From: Mobula hypostoma
Taxonomy: Eukaryota
DNA: 64,000 nt
NCBI RefSeq assembly: GCF_963921235.1
Contig: NC_086097.1
Coordinates: forward strand, 47,122,001-47,186,000
Reading direction: 5' to 3'
Positions 12,733 through 27,084 of this stretch are shown piece by piece (position 1 is the stretch's first letter; each line of letters begins with the position of its first letter). The notes beneath the pieces were generated by a model. That model saw only the letters and a list, made by a program, of their open reading frames with translations, ran no database searches and had not been told where the DNA came from. The position numbers were made by a program, and so were the translations under genes.

Positions 12733-12998
12733 TAACATAACATATAACAATTACAGCACGGAAACAGGCCATCTCGGCCCTTCTAGTCCGTGCCGAACTC
12801 TTACTCTCACCTAGTCCCACCGACCGGCACTCAGCTCATAACCCTCCATTCCTTTCCTGTCCATATATCTATTTAACTTTAAACAGCAACATCGAACCTG
12901 CCTCAACCACTTCTGCAGGAAGCTCGTTCCACACAGCTACCACTCTCTGAGTAAAGAATTTCCCCCTCATGTAACCCCTAAACTTTTGTCCTTTAACT
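12733..12998 (-). mobile_element. CR1 3' end fragment
   Basis: acagcacggaaacaggccatctcggccc...accactctctgagtaaag, the CR1 3' terminal pattern. Confidence 0.75.
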
Positions 12999-13681
12999 AC
13001 AACCTTGTTGTGGTTTGAAGACTTGTATGCTTGTTCATTATTTGCCATGAAGATTATAAATATGTAAACAAAAAAAGGAATTTGATGGATTCATGTGAAT
13101 TTGTAGAACTTTCTCATGAGGAAATCGTAAGTAATGATACTCCACCAAAGCTAAAATTGAAATGAGTAGCTATAAAATGAATGATTTTAAAATTAAGAAA
13201 CATGAACAGATCTTTCTTTGGTCATTAGCACAGAACATACTATAGTAGTAGTTGTATGTAGGCTTATATTCTTGAAACTGGATTCTATTGAAATCAACAG
13301 AGTGTATTTCACAACTGGTGTATGATGCAAGTCGCCATTATATTGAGTGTTTAGCAGAGTCTACCATAACTAAATTTCTCTTCAACTAGATTTTCTGTGC
13401 AGTCAGAATGTGCTGCAAACTTGATCTAAGTTATTAATGTAAACAATAGTGAGGAAATTCATTTTGGCTAACAATATTGAGCTATTCCTGGGTGGACTGT
13501 TGGGCAATCATAATCTTCTACATGGCTAGAATCTAAATTGCATCTGTAGCTTTATACCGAATCCTATCATGGCATCTTTCTCATTACTATTGTTTGATTT
13601 AGGCATAAAACATGCAATTTTTCATATTACATACATTTGGATTTTATTTACATTTTTGCTTCTCATTTTTTTTTTATTTAG

Positions 13682-13708
13682 AAACATGTCTTTCAGGTTT
13701 TCCAAAAG
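13682..13708 (+). CDS. MARK3: MARK3 27-nt microexon (R)NMSFRFSK(R)
   Basis: Long T tract then tttag|AAACATGTCTTTCAGGTTTTCCAAAAG|gtagga, phase 2/2. Matches the human MARK3 NMSFRFIKR cassette as recalled. Confidence 0.9.
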
Positions 13709-16700
13709 GTAGGATTTATAATGTGATGGCTTGATCTGCAATATTAGCAGAAACCTGATTTCACAGCCTTGATAACTCAATGACTTGCTGCTAACATGAG
13801 AAAATACTACTAGCTTACTTAGGAGATTGTATACTTTTAGACAATTAGTGTTGGGGAGCAGATTAACCTTAAAAAGCTCTTAAAAATAGCTATAGCTGAG
13901 CATGCTTGTCACCTGCTATTGTATTAGATTCATAATTAATTAAATATCTGGGTTCATATTGCTTTTCTACTAATGTACCAAGCATGAGTATGGGTGTACA
14001 TTTGTTTTTAATTGAATAATGAGCACTGTCAATGCAAAATCTTCTGAAATAAATTATGTAAAATACTGTCGGCTGAGGAAGCAGATTCTGTGATTGCAGT
14101 ACCAAAGTCTGTTGCAAAATGTGTGATATAGAATTCAAGTGATGCAGGAGGAAATGGATTTCCGTGGTAAATGGCATGATTTTCAGTTCCATTTACGCAT
14201 TTTAGAGCAGATGATTTGCCATACCTCATGGAAAAGTTTTGTGTTAAGACAGAAATGCTAGAAAGATTCAGCGGGTCAGTCAGCATCCATGGAGAGAGAT
14301 CTTATTTGATGCTGCAGTTTGATGACGAGAAAAGGTGAGGAAAAACATTTTGAGTTGTAGATAGGTATAGCAAGCAAACAAAGAAAATGCCTGTGATAAC
14401 ATGATCAGCAAGAGAAACAAGTGCTGGCTAAGAGAAGGTGGTAAAGGCATGTTAGTTACAGTTGATCTGTCTAGAAAATATATAACTAGAAGATCAATGA
14501 GAACAACAAAGGTTATATAATGATGGTAAGGCAAGAGAACCACTCTTGATCAGCATGATATCAGGTATTCCTTTTGTTCCCTCTGCCTCTTCCTCCATCT
14601 TTTCAACTTAGTGCATGTTTGATTTCTAGTGTTTTTTAGATCTGAATTGTTTTATTTCCTTCTCCAGAATGCTGCCTGTCTGCGTAGTATTTCCCACATT
14701 TGCTGTTTTATTTTTGGATTTAAGCATCTGTGAAGAATTTTGTATAGCTAATGAAAGAACTTTTCCCTTCCATGATAACAATTTTCACTGCCCCGGCCCT
14801 ATATGAATATCACACACTGATAACACAGGAGTTTCACTGTAGGAAACTTTACAATTGCCACAGTAGCTTAGGAATTATAGTATTTTTATCTAGAGATGTA
14901 ATATATTATTTATAATGGTTAAGAAAATAATATCCTGTTTCCCAGATACCAGCCTGAGTTTTGCTGAATTTCCTAGGTTATGATTGTTTTTATTGTGTGC
15001 TTTATTTACTGGATTCATTTATTAGGAGAAAGATCACTGTGATGGCAGACTTAGCCAGAGAGAGCTTCAGATAAAGAGAGTTAGAGATGCTGTAACATTA
15101 ATTAAGTCTGTAATTATGTTGTACCGAAAGATTATATGCATATGTTGCCTGATAGCTGAATTGCGCCACATATTCTGCTGTGAAATTACTGGAATCCGTA
15201 GATTTTAAATGAACTGATATAAAAGGTAATATAAATTTTTATAAAACTGTTGATATTTCAAAAATCATTTGATGGTATTAAATGTGATTTTTTAAAAAAA
15301 GTGATAGGTTAATTTGGTTAGTACATTGGCTACTTCGTTTGTAAACTGGATTTATTATAGATTCATAGTGTTGTTGAGTGATGAAGGCATCAGGGAATGA
15401 ATCCTGGATGATTAAAAAAAATGCTGCATTCTTTTCCAAGTCTACTGAATCATAATATTTATAAATGATATTGAAAAAGATGGCACCTGCTCAAGCAAGC
15501 TAAAGAGTGAAGTTTATTATGAGATATTTATCACACGTTGTGGGCAAGGCAAAACACATGGAAACCTATTCAGAGTGCCATTGACAAAATGGTAAATAAA
15601 ACAAAATGAAGTTGGGGTTGTGTTAGATTTACTGACCATTTACAAGGTATTGTCACGTTGGTAAATTAAATCAGTGTTCATCTTCAGGACATTTAACTAA
15701 TTGAATATCAGTTGTTCTGGCCTTTGCATAAATAGGTCACCTACCATGAAAAAGGGTACATTACTATAGAGCAGTAAGTGACAAGATACAGGAATTCTGA
15801 AGAGATGGTCAAAAGAAGAAAGCTTTACAGGTGGACAACCCTGGAACATCTGGATGTCAAGGATGCATACATCATGATACTTTTTATCAACTACAGATCA
15901 GCATTGATGTATGTGGAATTGAGAGAGGAATTCAAAATATTTCTTTGCTTTATTAATTAATATCTTTTCTGAAACACTATCCATTGACCAGACTTTGCTA
16001 GCCAATGAGGGAGCGTACACCTGAGCTCATAGCAGGCATTTTATTATATCTCAACAGAATGAAATTTCCTAGAGAAAGGTATATTTAAAGACTAAAGAAA
16101 ATGGAATTTGGGATGAGAAACTACAACTTCCAATAAAAACAGGATAAAATTTCCCCAAAAAAATGCAGTGAATAGGGAAGACCCATATATATTTAATAGA
16201 TAAAATCAACTTCTATCACTTCCACCTGGCATAAGATTGTCCAATGCTCTTTACTAGCTAGGAATAATGGCATCATCACTGCATTCAACCTTTTTCAAAT
16301 AACGGTGGCAAAATGAGGTTAAATGATGACAATACGCCATAGAAAGAAATCTATTTAATGTTAAATATTAACTTAATGGGGCCTGAGTAACTGGTTTGTG
16401 GGTTAATTATTGTAAGATGTGAGTACAGGAAGGAAACAATATAAAGCGCCTTGTTGGGAGATTATATGGATTGGAGAGAGCCTATGATTATAACTTGCAT
16501 CAGATACCTTTCTCATTTTGGGTGTTTATGTATTCCTTCAAATATTTTAAAAATTTATCAAATATCTGGTTTATTTCTTTTGATAATCTCTCAGCACTCA
16601 GTTATTGACACAGTTTGTGTTGTTGCCAAATTTTGAGCAAATGACCACAGTTTAATGTTAATGTACTTTTTGACAATGAAACAGCAAAGTAATTTTCCTA

Positions 16701-16849
16701 CTGACATTTTTATAATACTTTTCATCTCACTCTAGGAGATTACAGTATTAAGGAAAGAACGCAAGAGCATAATGTGTTCTGTGTACTAAGAGTATTCAGA
16801 AATAATAAGGTGCTTGAGGAACTTAGCAGGTCAGGCAGCATCTATGGCC

Positions 16850-18050
16850 CAATGCCTTCTATGCTCACTTTGATCGCCAAAACATGGAGGAACTTCACAA
16901 ATTCCTATAGCCCCCAATGGCCCTGTGATTTCAGTCTCTGAGGTTGATATGAGGGAACCCACGGAAAGCATTCTACCCTTTTGGGCTACCTGGCTGAGTA
17001 CTAAAGACCTGTGCTGAATATCTGGCTGGCGTGTTCACTGATATCTCTAACCTCTGGCTTCAGCAGTCTGAGGTACCCACCTCCTTCATGCAGGCTTCAA
17101 TTATATTGATGCCTAAGAAGAATGTAGTAACCTGACTCAATGACTTATCATCCAGTACCGCTTACATCCACTGTGATGAATTGCTTTGAGAGGTTGGTAA
17201 TGTAACATATCGACTTCTGCCTAAGAAGTGATCTACTCCAATTTGACTACTGTCATAACAGTTCTTTAGCAGATGCCATTTCATTCAACCCTGGAACATC
17301 TGGACAGCAAAGATGCATACATCATGATGCTCTTTATCGACTGCAGATCAGCATTCATTACGATCATCTCTTCAAAACTAATCAGTAAGCTTCAAGACCT
17401 TGGTCTCAATACCAAATTGTACAATTGGAGCCCCAATTTCCCTTCTTGCAGACCCCAGTCAGTTTGGATTGGCAACATCTCCATCAGCACGGGTGCACCA
17501 CAAGGCTGTGTACTTTAGCCCCCTGCTCAGCTTATGACTATGTGGCTAAGCATAGCTCCAATGCTATATTTAAGTTTGCTGACAACACCACTGTCATTGG
17601 CCAAATCAAAAATGACAAATCAGCATATAAGAGGGAGATTGAAAATCTGGCTGAATGGTGCCACAACAACAACCTCTCAGTCCATGTTAGCAAGACCCAG
17701 GAGCTGATTATTGACTTCAGGAGGAGGAAATCAAAGGTCCGTGAACCAGTCCTCCTCAGGGGATCAGAGGTGGAAGGGTCAGCAACTTTAAATTCCACTG
17801 TTTTATCATTTCAGAGGATCTGTCCTGGGCCCAGCACATAAGTCCAATTACGAAGAAAGCATGGTTTTTTTTTCTTCTGTATTTGCGCAACTTTTTTTTT
17901 TGCATATTGCTTGTTTGTCCTGTTGGGTGCAGTCTTTCATTGATTCTATTGCGTTTCTTGGATTTGCCAAATAAGCCCGCAAGAAAACTAATCTCCGTTT
18001 TGTATATGGTGACATATATGTACTTTTATAATAAAGTTACTTTGAGTTTT
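16850..18050 (+). mobile_element. Rex/Babar-type LINE, internally deleted
   Basis: TGAPQGCVL and IFKFADNTTVIG...NLAEWCHNNNLSVHVSKTQELIIDFRR. Confidence 0.85.
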
Positions 18051-19829
18051 GATCTGTGGAGACTACTGGACAGTTGATGTTCAGGTCAAGACCCTTCATC
18101 TGGACATCTGGTCTACATGCAGAACTAATTCACTGTTAATTCACGGACACTTGCAGGAAAATACGGAAACACTGACAGAAAGGTAGTACCGCCAGAAAGA
18201 CAAGTAACCAATTAGAATAATTTCCTGTTGCCGTTTGAGGAATAACCATCCTGGGCAATTAGCATCTTGTTCTTCATTAAATATCATCGTCTTCAGTTTA
18301 ATCTCATCAGAAAGATTATATATAGATTATTGTAGCATTCTCTTGTACACTATTGAACAATTACCTTAATTTATGTGTATCCAATCGTGGAGTAAAGATG
18401 GAATGACCCAGAAGTAAGTGCACATTGCTGTCTTGCATATAAGTCATTGTGATTTTACAGATCTTCCCACTGGGATTTTGTGGAAAACACTGTGGATTCA
18501 CCAGTGTTGCTTTGGCAAATCTAGCTTGCAGTCTAAGCAAGAAGAAAATTTGACAGTTAATTAAGATTTTCCCAGAACGGTCAAGGACTGAAAACTGTCA
18601 AAAATGTTGAAAACCTTAGAAAACTTTGAAACAAAGGTCAAGCATTTTCAAACATTTCCAAAAATTTTAAACTATGCCAGCATAACATTGGATATTTGTT
18701 TATAAAGATCCTTGAAATTTTCTTCAAGTAGTTTTAAATTTTAAATCTTTGGATATCAACTTTCAAGTTATTCAGAACTAATGCATTCCTTTGAAATTAA
18801 TGGAAGAATATCCTTTACATCACAAATGTCCTGATGCAGGATACTTTAACAAGTTCATTATCCCAAGTGGTGAGTAACCAGCCACAAGTTCCTGGCTGCA
18901 GTATCATATGAACACTGAAATCTCAGTGTTATCTGTTTTGTAAATTAATGATGGAAAACACTGAAAGTCTTCACATTATTGCTCAGCCACATTTTGGCTA
19001 TCAAGTTTAAAGAAATAATTTCATGCATATTTTAAAACACATTTGTACTTTATTCTCAATATAGAAACTGTCCTCAATTACTAGCAGGGCAGTTCAGTGA
19101 CCTTCATTTGACAGTTAAATAAAAATCACTATCTATATCTTGCCTCCAGTTGCCATGTGGGCATTTAGGACATTGGAATGTTTAAAACAAGTTAGAATTC
19201 TGTCAGTTTATTGTGGTTAGACAATTGTTATGAGCCTTGACCTTTTTGTTGTTGAGTATACGCTCATAAAACTTACTTGAATTTCTCTTTTTCAACTGTT
19301 CTTTCCCCTGTGTAATGTATAAATACTTTAAATTGTTCAGATTCAGAAAAGAATTTACAGACCAGCCAGTGATACGTTTCAGAATATTTTTCAGAATGTG
19401 CATATTGACCTTTTGCTCTAGGGTTTGGTGATATTTGTAAACTAGTTAATTACTGCAAACTATTTCATTATCACTGACCAAAGGAAGTACTGGAGACTAA
19501 TGATAAAGTATTGAAAAATCACATAATCCAAAAGTATAGCTGCAGTTTTTAATCATGAGATATGGCTAAAATATTTCCATTGACTTTAATGGGTTAGAAT
19601 TATCCATTGGCTTCTGATTTGGATGATAACCTGTACTTATAAAGTAACAAACCAGTCTGCAGATTATTTAATTTTGCGCTGAAGGAGTCTGAAGTTGAGA
19701 ACTTCTAATTAAATATATAATAAGTATATAAAATTAAATCATGTATAAATTAATTTATATATAATATGTGTAGTTTTTTAAAAAAGAGGGGGGAATGAGT
19801 AGTAATAATACTCCTTTATGGGGATATAT

Positions 19830-22750
19830 AAGAAATAGGAGCAGGAGTAGGGCATCTGGCTCATCGAGCCTGCTCTGTCATTCAATAAGATCAAAGCTGA
19901 TCTGGCCATGGACTCACCTCCACTTACTTACCTTTTCCCCATAACCCTCAATTCCCCTAGTATGCAAAATAGATGCTTTTTTTTGAAAATGCATAATCCA
20001 CATAACTACTTCAAAACTACCGTGATATTTGAGATTTTTCTTTTATGATTTCAGCTTCTGGTATTTATGTTGCTAGCAAGAGCAACATTTATTGCCCAAC
20101 CTTAGTTTTCGCCAGGAAGCTGGTGGTGATACACTGCCCTGAACTTCTCTCTCCAAGGGCACGGTTTGAGATGCAGTTCCAGAATTTCGACCCAGTTCTC
20201 CTGAAGGAACAGCAACATAATTCCAAGTTGAGGTGATGTGCTGCTTGTAGAAGGAACTGTAGGTTCCCACAAGCCTAAAGCCCTTGTTCGTGGCACTGAA
20301 GGTTATGTATTTGGGAAATGCTGTTAGAGTAGCCTGGACATGTAAATGCAATGGATTTTTTAGATTGTACAGTATATACAATGCAAAATTACACAAATGC
20401 TGCTGACGGGAAATGAAATATGGCTACACTACCAATGAAGCAAGCTACTTTGTCCCAAGTAGTGTCAAACTTACTGAGCACTTGGAATTGTAGACAAGTT
20501 TTCCACCATGCTTCTAACTTGCGCCCTGCTGTTGCTGGAAAGGATGTCAGGAAGGTGAGTTAGTTTCACTGTAGTATATCCAATTTCTGATCCTCACTCC
20601 TCACTTGTAGTCACAATATTTATGTGACTGATCTAGTGTTTCTAATTAATGAGGTGCCACTGTAATTTGATGTTGGAGGACTCAGCAAAAGTAATACCAT
20701 TGAATGATAAGAGTAAGTTAACTTCATTCTTGTTGGAGGTGATCATTACAATTCTGGCACAAATGTTCCTTGGGAGTCTGGACTGAATTAGCTAGATTGG
20801 ATTTGATCTGTCATTGGTGAACACACATACCGGGCTTTATTCCATTTTCTCAGGTTGATGTTGGTATTGTAACTGTACTGAAATAGTTTGGCTTAAAGTG
20901 CAGTTTTCAGGATGTTATCTAGAGTCAGAGTAATACAACATGAAAATAGGCCTTTCATCACAACTGGTCCATGCTGACCACTGTATCGTCCCTGCTAGTC
21001 CCAGTTGCTCATTTTTTGCCTTTAACCCTCCAAGTCCCTCTTTCACATACCCATCCAATGCTTAATGCTGGAATTGTGTCCATCCAATGACTACTTTCTT
21101 ATTCCAGGATCTCACTGGCCTCTGTGTGAAGAAGTTCCTTCTCAGGTCTCTTAAAGATCCTCCTCTCATCTTGTGGAGAGGATCCTGCCAGTCTCTGTAT
21201 GTCCTACCCTGATATAATTGTCCAAAATGAATCACTTCACACTTGGTCCATCTTTCTGACTGATCAAGATCCCTTTGCAATTCATTGTAACTTGCTTCAC
21301 TATCCACAAGGCCCCTTAATTTTAGTATCATCAGCAAACTTGATATTTCAACCATGTTACTATCCAAATCATTTACATCATTAATAAATAACAGACATTC
21401 ATAAGACCCGAAGAAATAGGAGTCCATTCAGCCCATTGAGTCTGCATTGCCATTGGATTGTGGCTGATACATTTTCGCTCTCAGCCCTACTCTCCTGCCT
21501 CCCCCTCCCATAACCTTTGCTGTTATTAATCATTAACCTATCAACCTGTGCTTCAAATGTAGACTATCATTGTCTATAACTACTATAACTATTTTAAAAC
21601 ATAGAATTGTGTTAACTGGACCCAAAGTGCTCCCCAGTTACCACTTCAGTTACTTGGCCTGCCATTTTTTTAAACAATAAACCTGATGATTTGACCTTCA
21701 TGGCCATCTGTGGCAATGAATTCCACAGATTCACCACCTACTGACTGAAGAAATTCCTCCTTGTCTGTTCTAAATGGATGTTCTTCTAATCTGCAGCTGT
21801 GTCCTCTGGTCCTAGACTCTCCCACTTAAAACATTCCCCCTCTATCTACAAACATAGATCTGTCAATATTCAGTAGGTTTCAATAAGATCCTCTCTCCCC
21901 GCCCGCACCACGCCCCTTCTAAACTCCAAGGAGTACAGGCCCAGACCCACCAAATGCTCCTCATGCATTAACCCTTTCATTTCTGGATCTTTCTCATAAA
22001 CCTCCTCTGGACCCTCAAAGTTCAAAGTGAATATATTATCAATGTACGTATATGTCATATACTATTTTGAGATTCATTTTCTTGCAGGCAGTTATGGAAA
22101 AATAAATACAATTGAAATTATGAAAAGCTATACATAACAAATACTGAGAAACTTTTAATATGACAAAAGAGAGCAAATATGCAAATAATTTTTAAAAATG
22201 TAAATAAGTAGTACAGAGAACATGAGTTGTAGAGTCCCTGAAAGTGAGTATAGGTTGTAGAGTCAGTTTAGTGTTGTGGTGATTAATGTTATACACAGTG
22301 GTTCAGGAGCCTGATGGTTGTAGAGTAATAACTGTTCCTGAATCTGGTGGTGTAGTACCTGAGGATCCTGTACCTTCCAGAAAGAAGAGGGTATGACCTA
22401 GATGGCAGGGGCCCTTGATGATGGATGCTGCTTTCCTGTGGCAGCATTCCTTGCAAATGTACTCAGTGTTGGAGAGGACTTTGCCTGTGATGGACTGGGC
22501 TGTATCCACCATTTTTTGTAGATCCACTCTCCCATGCCAGAACATCCTTTCTGAGATACAGGGCCCAAAACAGCTCACAATACATCAAATATGGTCTGAT
22601 CAATGCCTCAGTATTACGTCCTTGTTTTTATATTCTAGTCCTCTGGAAATGAATGCTAACATTGCTTTTGCCTTCCTTACTACCGACTCAACCTGCAAGT
22701 TAATCATTAGGGAATCCTGGCACTAGGACTCTCAAGCCCCTTTGCACCTG
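19830..22750 (-). mobile_element. Cluster of CR1 fragments with a Rex-type 3' end nested at ~22016-22525
   Basis: Several CR1 3' ends (19830, 20930, 21410). The CR1 sequence cctcctctggaccctc / ccatgccagaacatcc is interrupted by Rex-type sequence (LQKMVDTAQSITG...RKAASIIK). Confidence 0.7.
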
Positions 22751-23544
22751 GGCTCACTAGCAAGTGGCACCATTTTGGAAATCCATACTCACAAGATCCT
22801 GAATTTTAATTTCTTGCCTAACTTCCTATACTCATTCTGCAGGAACTTATTCCTCATTCTGCCCATGTCATTTGTATCGATGTGTACAACGATCTCTGGC
22901 TGTTTGTCAGACAACACACCACCCTGATATCTCTTCTGTGGCCACGGAGTCTCTTTTTGTCCCCTTTACTATCGAGTCTCCTATCATTATCACACTATCT
23001 GACTGTACCCTTTCCCTCTGAGTCTCAATGGGGGACACAGTGCCAGAGACCTCACTACTAGTGCCTGAAGAATATACCCTTCAACAGTATCCACAGAGGT
23101 ATACCTGTTTGTGAGGGAAGTGACACGGTAGAACCCTGCACTGACTACCTTATGCCCTTCTGGCAGTCACCCATCTATCTGAAGCCTGTAGTTTGAGTGT
23201 ACACTAAAACTCATTTTTGAAGCCCTCAGATGACCATCCAACTGCACCTCCAGTTTCTTGAGCTGGTCTGTCAAGTTGCAGCTGGGTGCACTTCCCACAG
23301 ATGCAGTCATCAAGGAGACTGTGAGGTTCCCTTGCTTCCTACATCTTGCAAGAAGAGCATTCTATTGCCCTAACTACCACTGAATCAAGGACTGATCAAC
23401 AACAAATTAAAGCCTTTCTTGTTCCTTCTCTCTGAAGCCTTTTCAAAGAACTGCTTTCACTCCCAACACCTGGGGCACTTACTCTGCCTCTTCATACTAA
23501 AGCTGCAGTTTCCCACCCTCATAATGGCTGCTTTAACATCTGCC

Positions 23545-24066
23545 GGACGATGCTGAGGGTGTTCTACGAGTCTGTGGTGGCCAGTGCTATCATGTTTGCT
23601 GTTGTGTGCAAAGCAGGCTGAGGGTAGCAGACACCAACAGAATCAACAAACTTATTCGTAAGGCCAGTGATGTTGTGGGGATGGAACTGGACTCTCTCAC
23701 GGTGGTGTCTGAAAAGAGGATGCTGTCAAAGTTGCATGCCATCTTGGTCAATGTCTCCCATCCACTACATAATGTACTGGGTGGGCACAGGAGTACATTC
23801 AGCCAGAGACTCATTCCTCCAAGATGCAGCACAGAGCATCATAGGAAGTCATTCCTGCCTGTGGCCATCAAACTTTACAACTCCTCCCCTGGAGGGTCAG
23901 ATATCCTAAGCCAATAGACTGGTCCTGGATTTATTTCATAATTTACTGGCATAATTTACATATTACTATTTAACTATTTATGGTTCTATTACTATTTATT
24001 ATTTATGGTGCAACTGTAATGAAAACCAATTTCCCCCTGGGATCAATAAAGTATGACTATGACTAT
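23545..24066 (+). mobile_element. Rex-type LINE 3' end
   Basis: DTNRINKLIRKASDVVG...SFLPVAIKLYN; tail gatcaataaag(tatgac)n. Confidence 0.8.
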
Positions 24067-24109
24067 TTGGCTTTACTCTTAACTACTCTTTATTGGATGC
24101 TGTCAAGCT

Positions 24110-24930
24110 AATTATCCCATCAACTTACGGTTACGGATCCCACAACCCACCTGGGTTGTAGGGGTGCAGATGATGAACGCTGCACTAGTTGCCTTCATCT
24201 CTCATGGTTGTGGACAAGAGCCTGAGTTGTGGCAAAGCTCTCTCTGGTCCACTCTGCAATGTTGTCTGTCTATTTCTTCCTCTGTCTGCCCCTTTTCATT
24301 TTTCCCTGAAGAATGGTCTTTGAGAGTCCACTTGATCTTGTTATGTGGCCATACCATCTCAGTTTCCTCTTCTTTACTGTGAACGGTGGATCTTTATAGT
24401 GTCTCATGTGCTGGGTGATGGTTCTTTGTACTTCATCATTTGAGACATGATCTGTATAGGGGATACCAAGGAGCCTTCTGAAGCATCTCATTTCTACTGC
24501 CTGGATCTTATTTTGCAGTTCTGCTGTCAAAGTCCATGATTCACATGCATAGAAGAAGACGGAGAGCACAAGTGCATACGGGAGTTTCAACTTCATCCGA
24601 GAGAGATGTTATTGTATCACCAGATTGGTTTTAGATTAACCAACATTGCTATTGTTTGAGCTGACCTTGGAAGGACTTCAGACTCTGATCCTTCCTAGTT
24701 GATGATGGAGCCAAGATACTTGAACTGATTGACAGTCTCTAGTTCTTGTCCACTGACTAGGATTTTTGTCATGATTAGCTCCTCACTATTTCTCATCAGT
24801 TGGGTTTTCTCTGTGCTAATCTCCATGACATATCTGGTAGATGTATTGTCTGGATGGTTTACGAGGCGGGCCAATTCATCCTCACTTCCTGCCAGCCCAT
24901 CAATGTCATCGGCGAGCCTGAGGTTGGTTA
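24110..24930 (-). mobile_element. RTE-clade LINE fragment
   Basis: YACESWTL...IQAVEMRCFRRLLGIPYTDHVSN...KRKLRWYGHITRSSGLSKTILQG. Confidence 0.85.
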
Positions 24931-25069
24931 TACAAAACTCCCATCAACTGTTATCTAACAATTTGCAAATTGCCTCTTTTGGGTTCCTGTTCAGTGAAAC
25001 TTAGCAGTAAGTCTTGAGACCCATCTCTTTTAAACTCTTTCTTCAAGTCCTGGCTCCTGTTCAGTGAAA

Positions 25070-26012
25070 CTCACCAGGATGTGTGCTTATCCCACTGCTC
25101 TACTCTCTTTACACCCATGACTGTGCGACTAGGCAGAGCTCAAATGGCATCTATAAATTTGCTGATATTACAACTACTGTTACTACAATTACAACAGAGT
25201 TTCGGATGGTGACAGAAGTGTGTTCAGGCGCAAGATACATCAGCTAGTTGAGTGATGTCGCAACATCCGTGCACTCAACGTCAGAACTGATTGTGGACTT
25301 CAGAGAGGGTTAGGACAAGGGAACACACACCAGTCCTCATAGGGCAATCAGAAGTGGAAAGAATGAGGAATTTCAAGTTCCTGGGTTTCAATATCTCTGA
25401 GGATCTAACCTGGATCCAACATATTGATCTGGCTACAAAGAAGGCATGACAGCGGCTATATTTTGGAGTTTTGGTCTGTCGCCAAAGACGCTCGCAAATT
25501 TTTACGGATGTACCATAGAGAGCATTCTAAATGGCTGCATCACCATCTGGTAGGGGGGTGTGGAGGGCAACTACTGCATAGGGTTGAAATAAGCTGCAGA
25601 TAGTTGTAAACATAGTCAGCTCCATTATGGGAGCTATCTTTCATTGTAACCAGGACATCTTCAAGGAGCGATACCTGACAAAGACAGTGTCCATTATTAA
25701 GGATCCCCATCACTCAGGTCATGCTTTGTTCTCATTGCTACCATCAGGAAGAAGGTACAGAAGCCTGAAGGCACAGCCTTAATGATTAAAGAAGAGCTGC
25801 TTCTCCTCTGCCATCTGATTTCTGAATGGACATTAAACCCATGAGCATGACTTCACTACTTTTTTATTTCTGTTTTTGCAGTACTTATTTACTGTAACTG
25901 TATATAATATTTATTTCAGGGTTTTTTTCCTCTATTCTGTATTGCGTTGTACTGCTGCTGCAAAGACAGCAAATTTCACAACATATGCTGGTGATATTAA
26001 ATCTGATTCTGA
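25070..26012 (+). mobile_element. Rex/Babar-type LINE 3' part
   Basis: Similar to 28511-30078 in the opposite orientation; tail attaaatctgattctga. Confidence 0.85.
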
Positions 26013-27084
26013 CGTCCCTGGGGGTGGGGGGGGGGCTGCTCATGCTCTGCTGTGTCTAATGTTTCCTAGCCCATGCTGTGCTATATCCAGTGCTTTCTGC
26101 CATTTCATGATTGAGTATTCTTTGTGTTTCCTCCTGTTAGCCATAAATGTATGTAACATTATTCACAATGTATGTACTGGGGCGACAGAATTTTTGGTCT
26201 GATCTATTTGTTGCAAGATACCTTAGATCTGGTCATTGTTTGTGTTGCAGCCAAGTTGGCACTTCATAGATTCAGCTAATGTAACTCCTGCATACCCTTC
26301 TGCAGTCTTCATCCCCAGACTTGATAGAAATAATAGTGAGTGCTATGCTGGACCATGAGCTTGTAGATTATGGCTGTTTGCTGTATTTTGCTGTTGCTGA
26401 AGGTCTGTAATGCCTTGTATATTCCCTGAATTAAGATCTCTTAATTATAGTCGCACACAACATAATGGTGTCCTTGCTGTGAAGTAGAGGCTTTGTCTCC
26501 ACAAGTGCTATGCAGTGATTAATTTTACTAATACTATCAAATACAGATTGGATCCACCATAGGTCAATTGATAAGAGCAAAGACAAATGATTGTTCACAT
26601 TCCACAATTTGATTCAATCACCCACTGTTATGGTTACAACCTAGTGACTAAGGCCTATAGAACATGGTGAACTCCGTGCTGGTGGTATTCACTTTGGGTA
26701 TCGAAAACACTACCCAGTTGCATATTTTGTGCCTTTGCTAGTTTGTTGGTACTTCGAAGTTTTGTTCAGTGTGGTGGCGCACTCGATTCATAAGCTAAAG
26801 AAGGAATGTAGGTGATGGGTGATTTCCTTGGCTATGTTTCACCTGATACCATTAGATTTAATAGGGTACGAAGTTGATACTGAGGGCTTACAGGTCTTCT
26901 TTCTTCCACGCAAGTGCATTGCAACCACCTCTGGCGAATCTATCCTGTCAGTAAGGTGGGAGGCACCCAGGCATTATGAGGAATGTGTCCAACATTTCGT
27001 TTCTAAGGATACACTGTGTCTGGCTGTTACTTGACTAGTATGTTTATATTCCCATGCCCCAACATTTGAGGTCTTTGCAAGATT

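Noticed and set aside
16700..16790. Possible extra MARK3 exon after ctcactctag
   Set aside because: No convincing donor and no MARK-like peptide.
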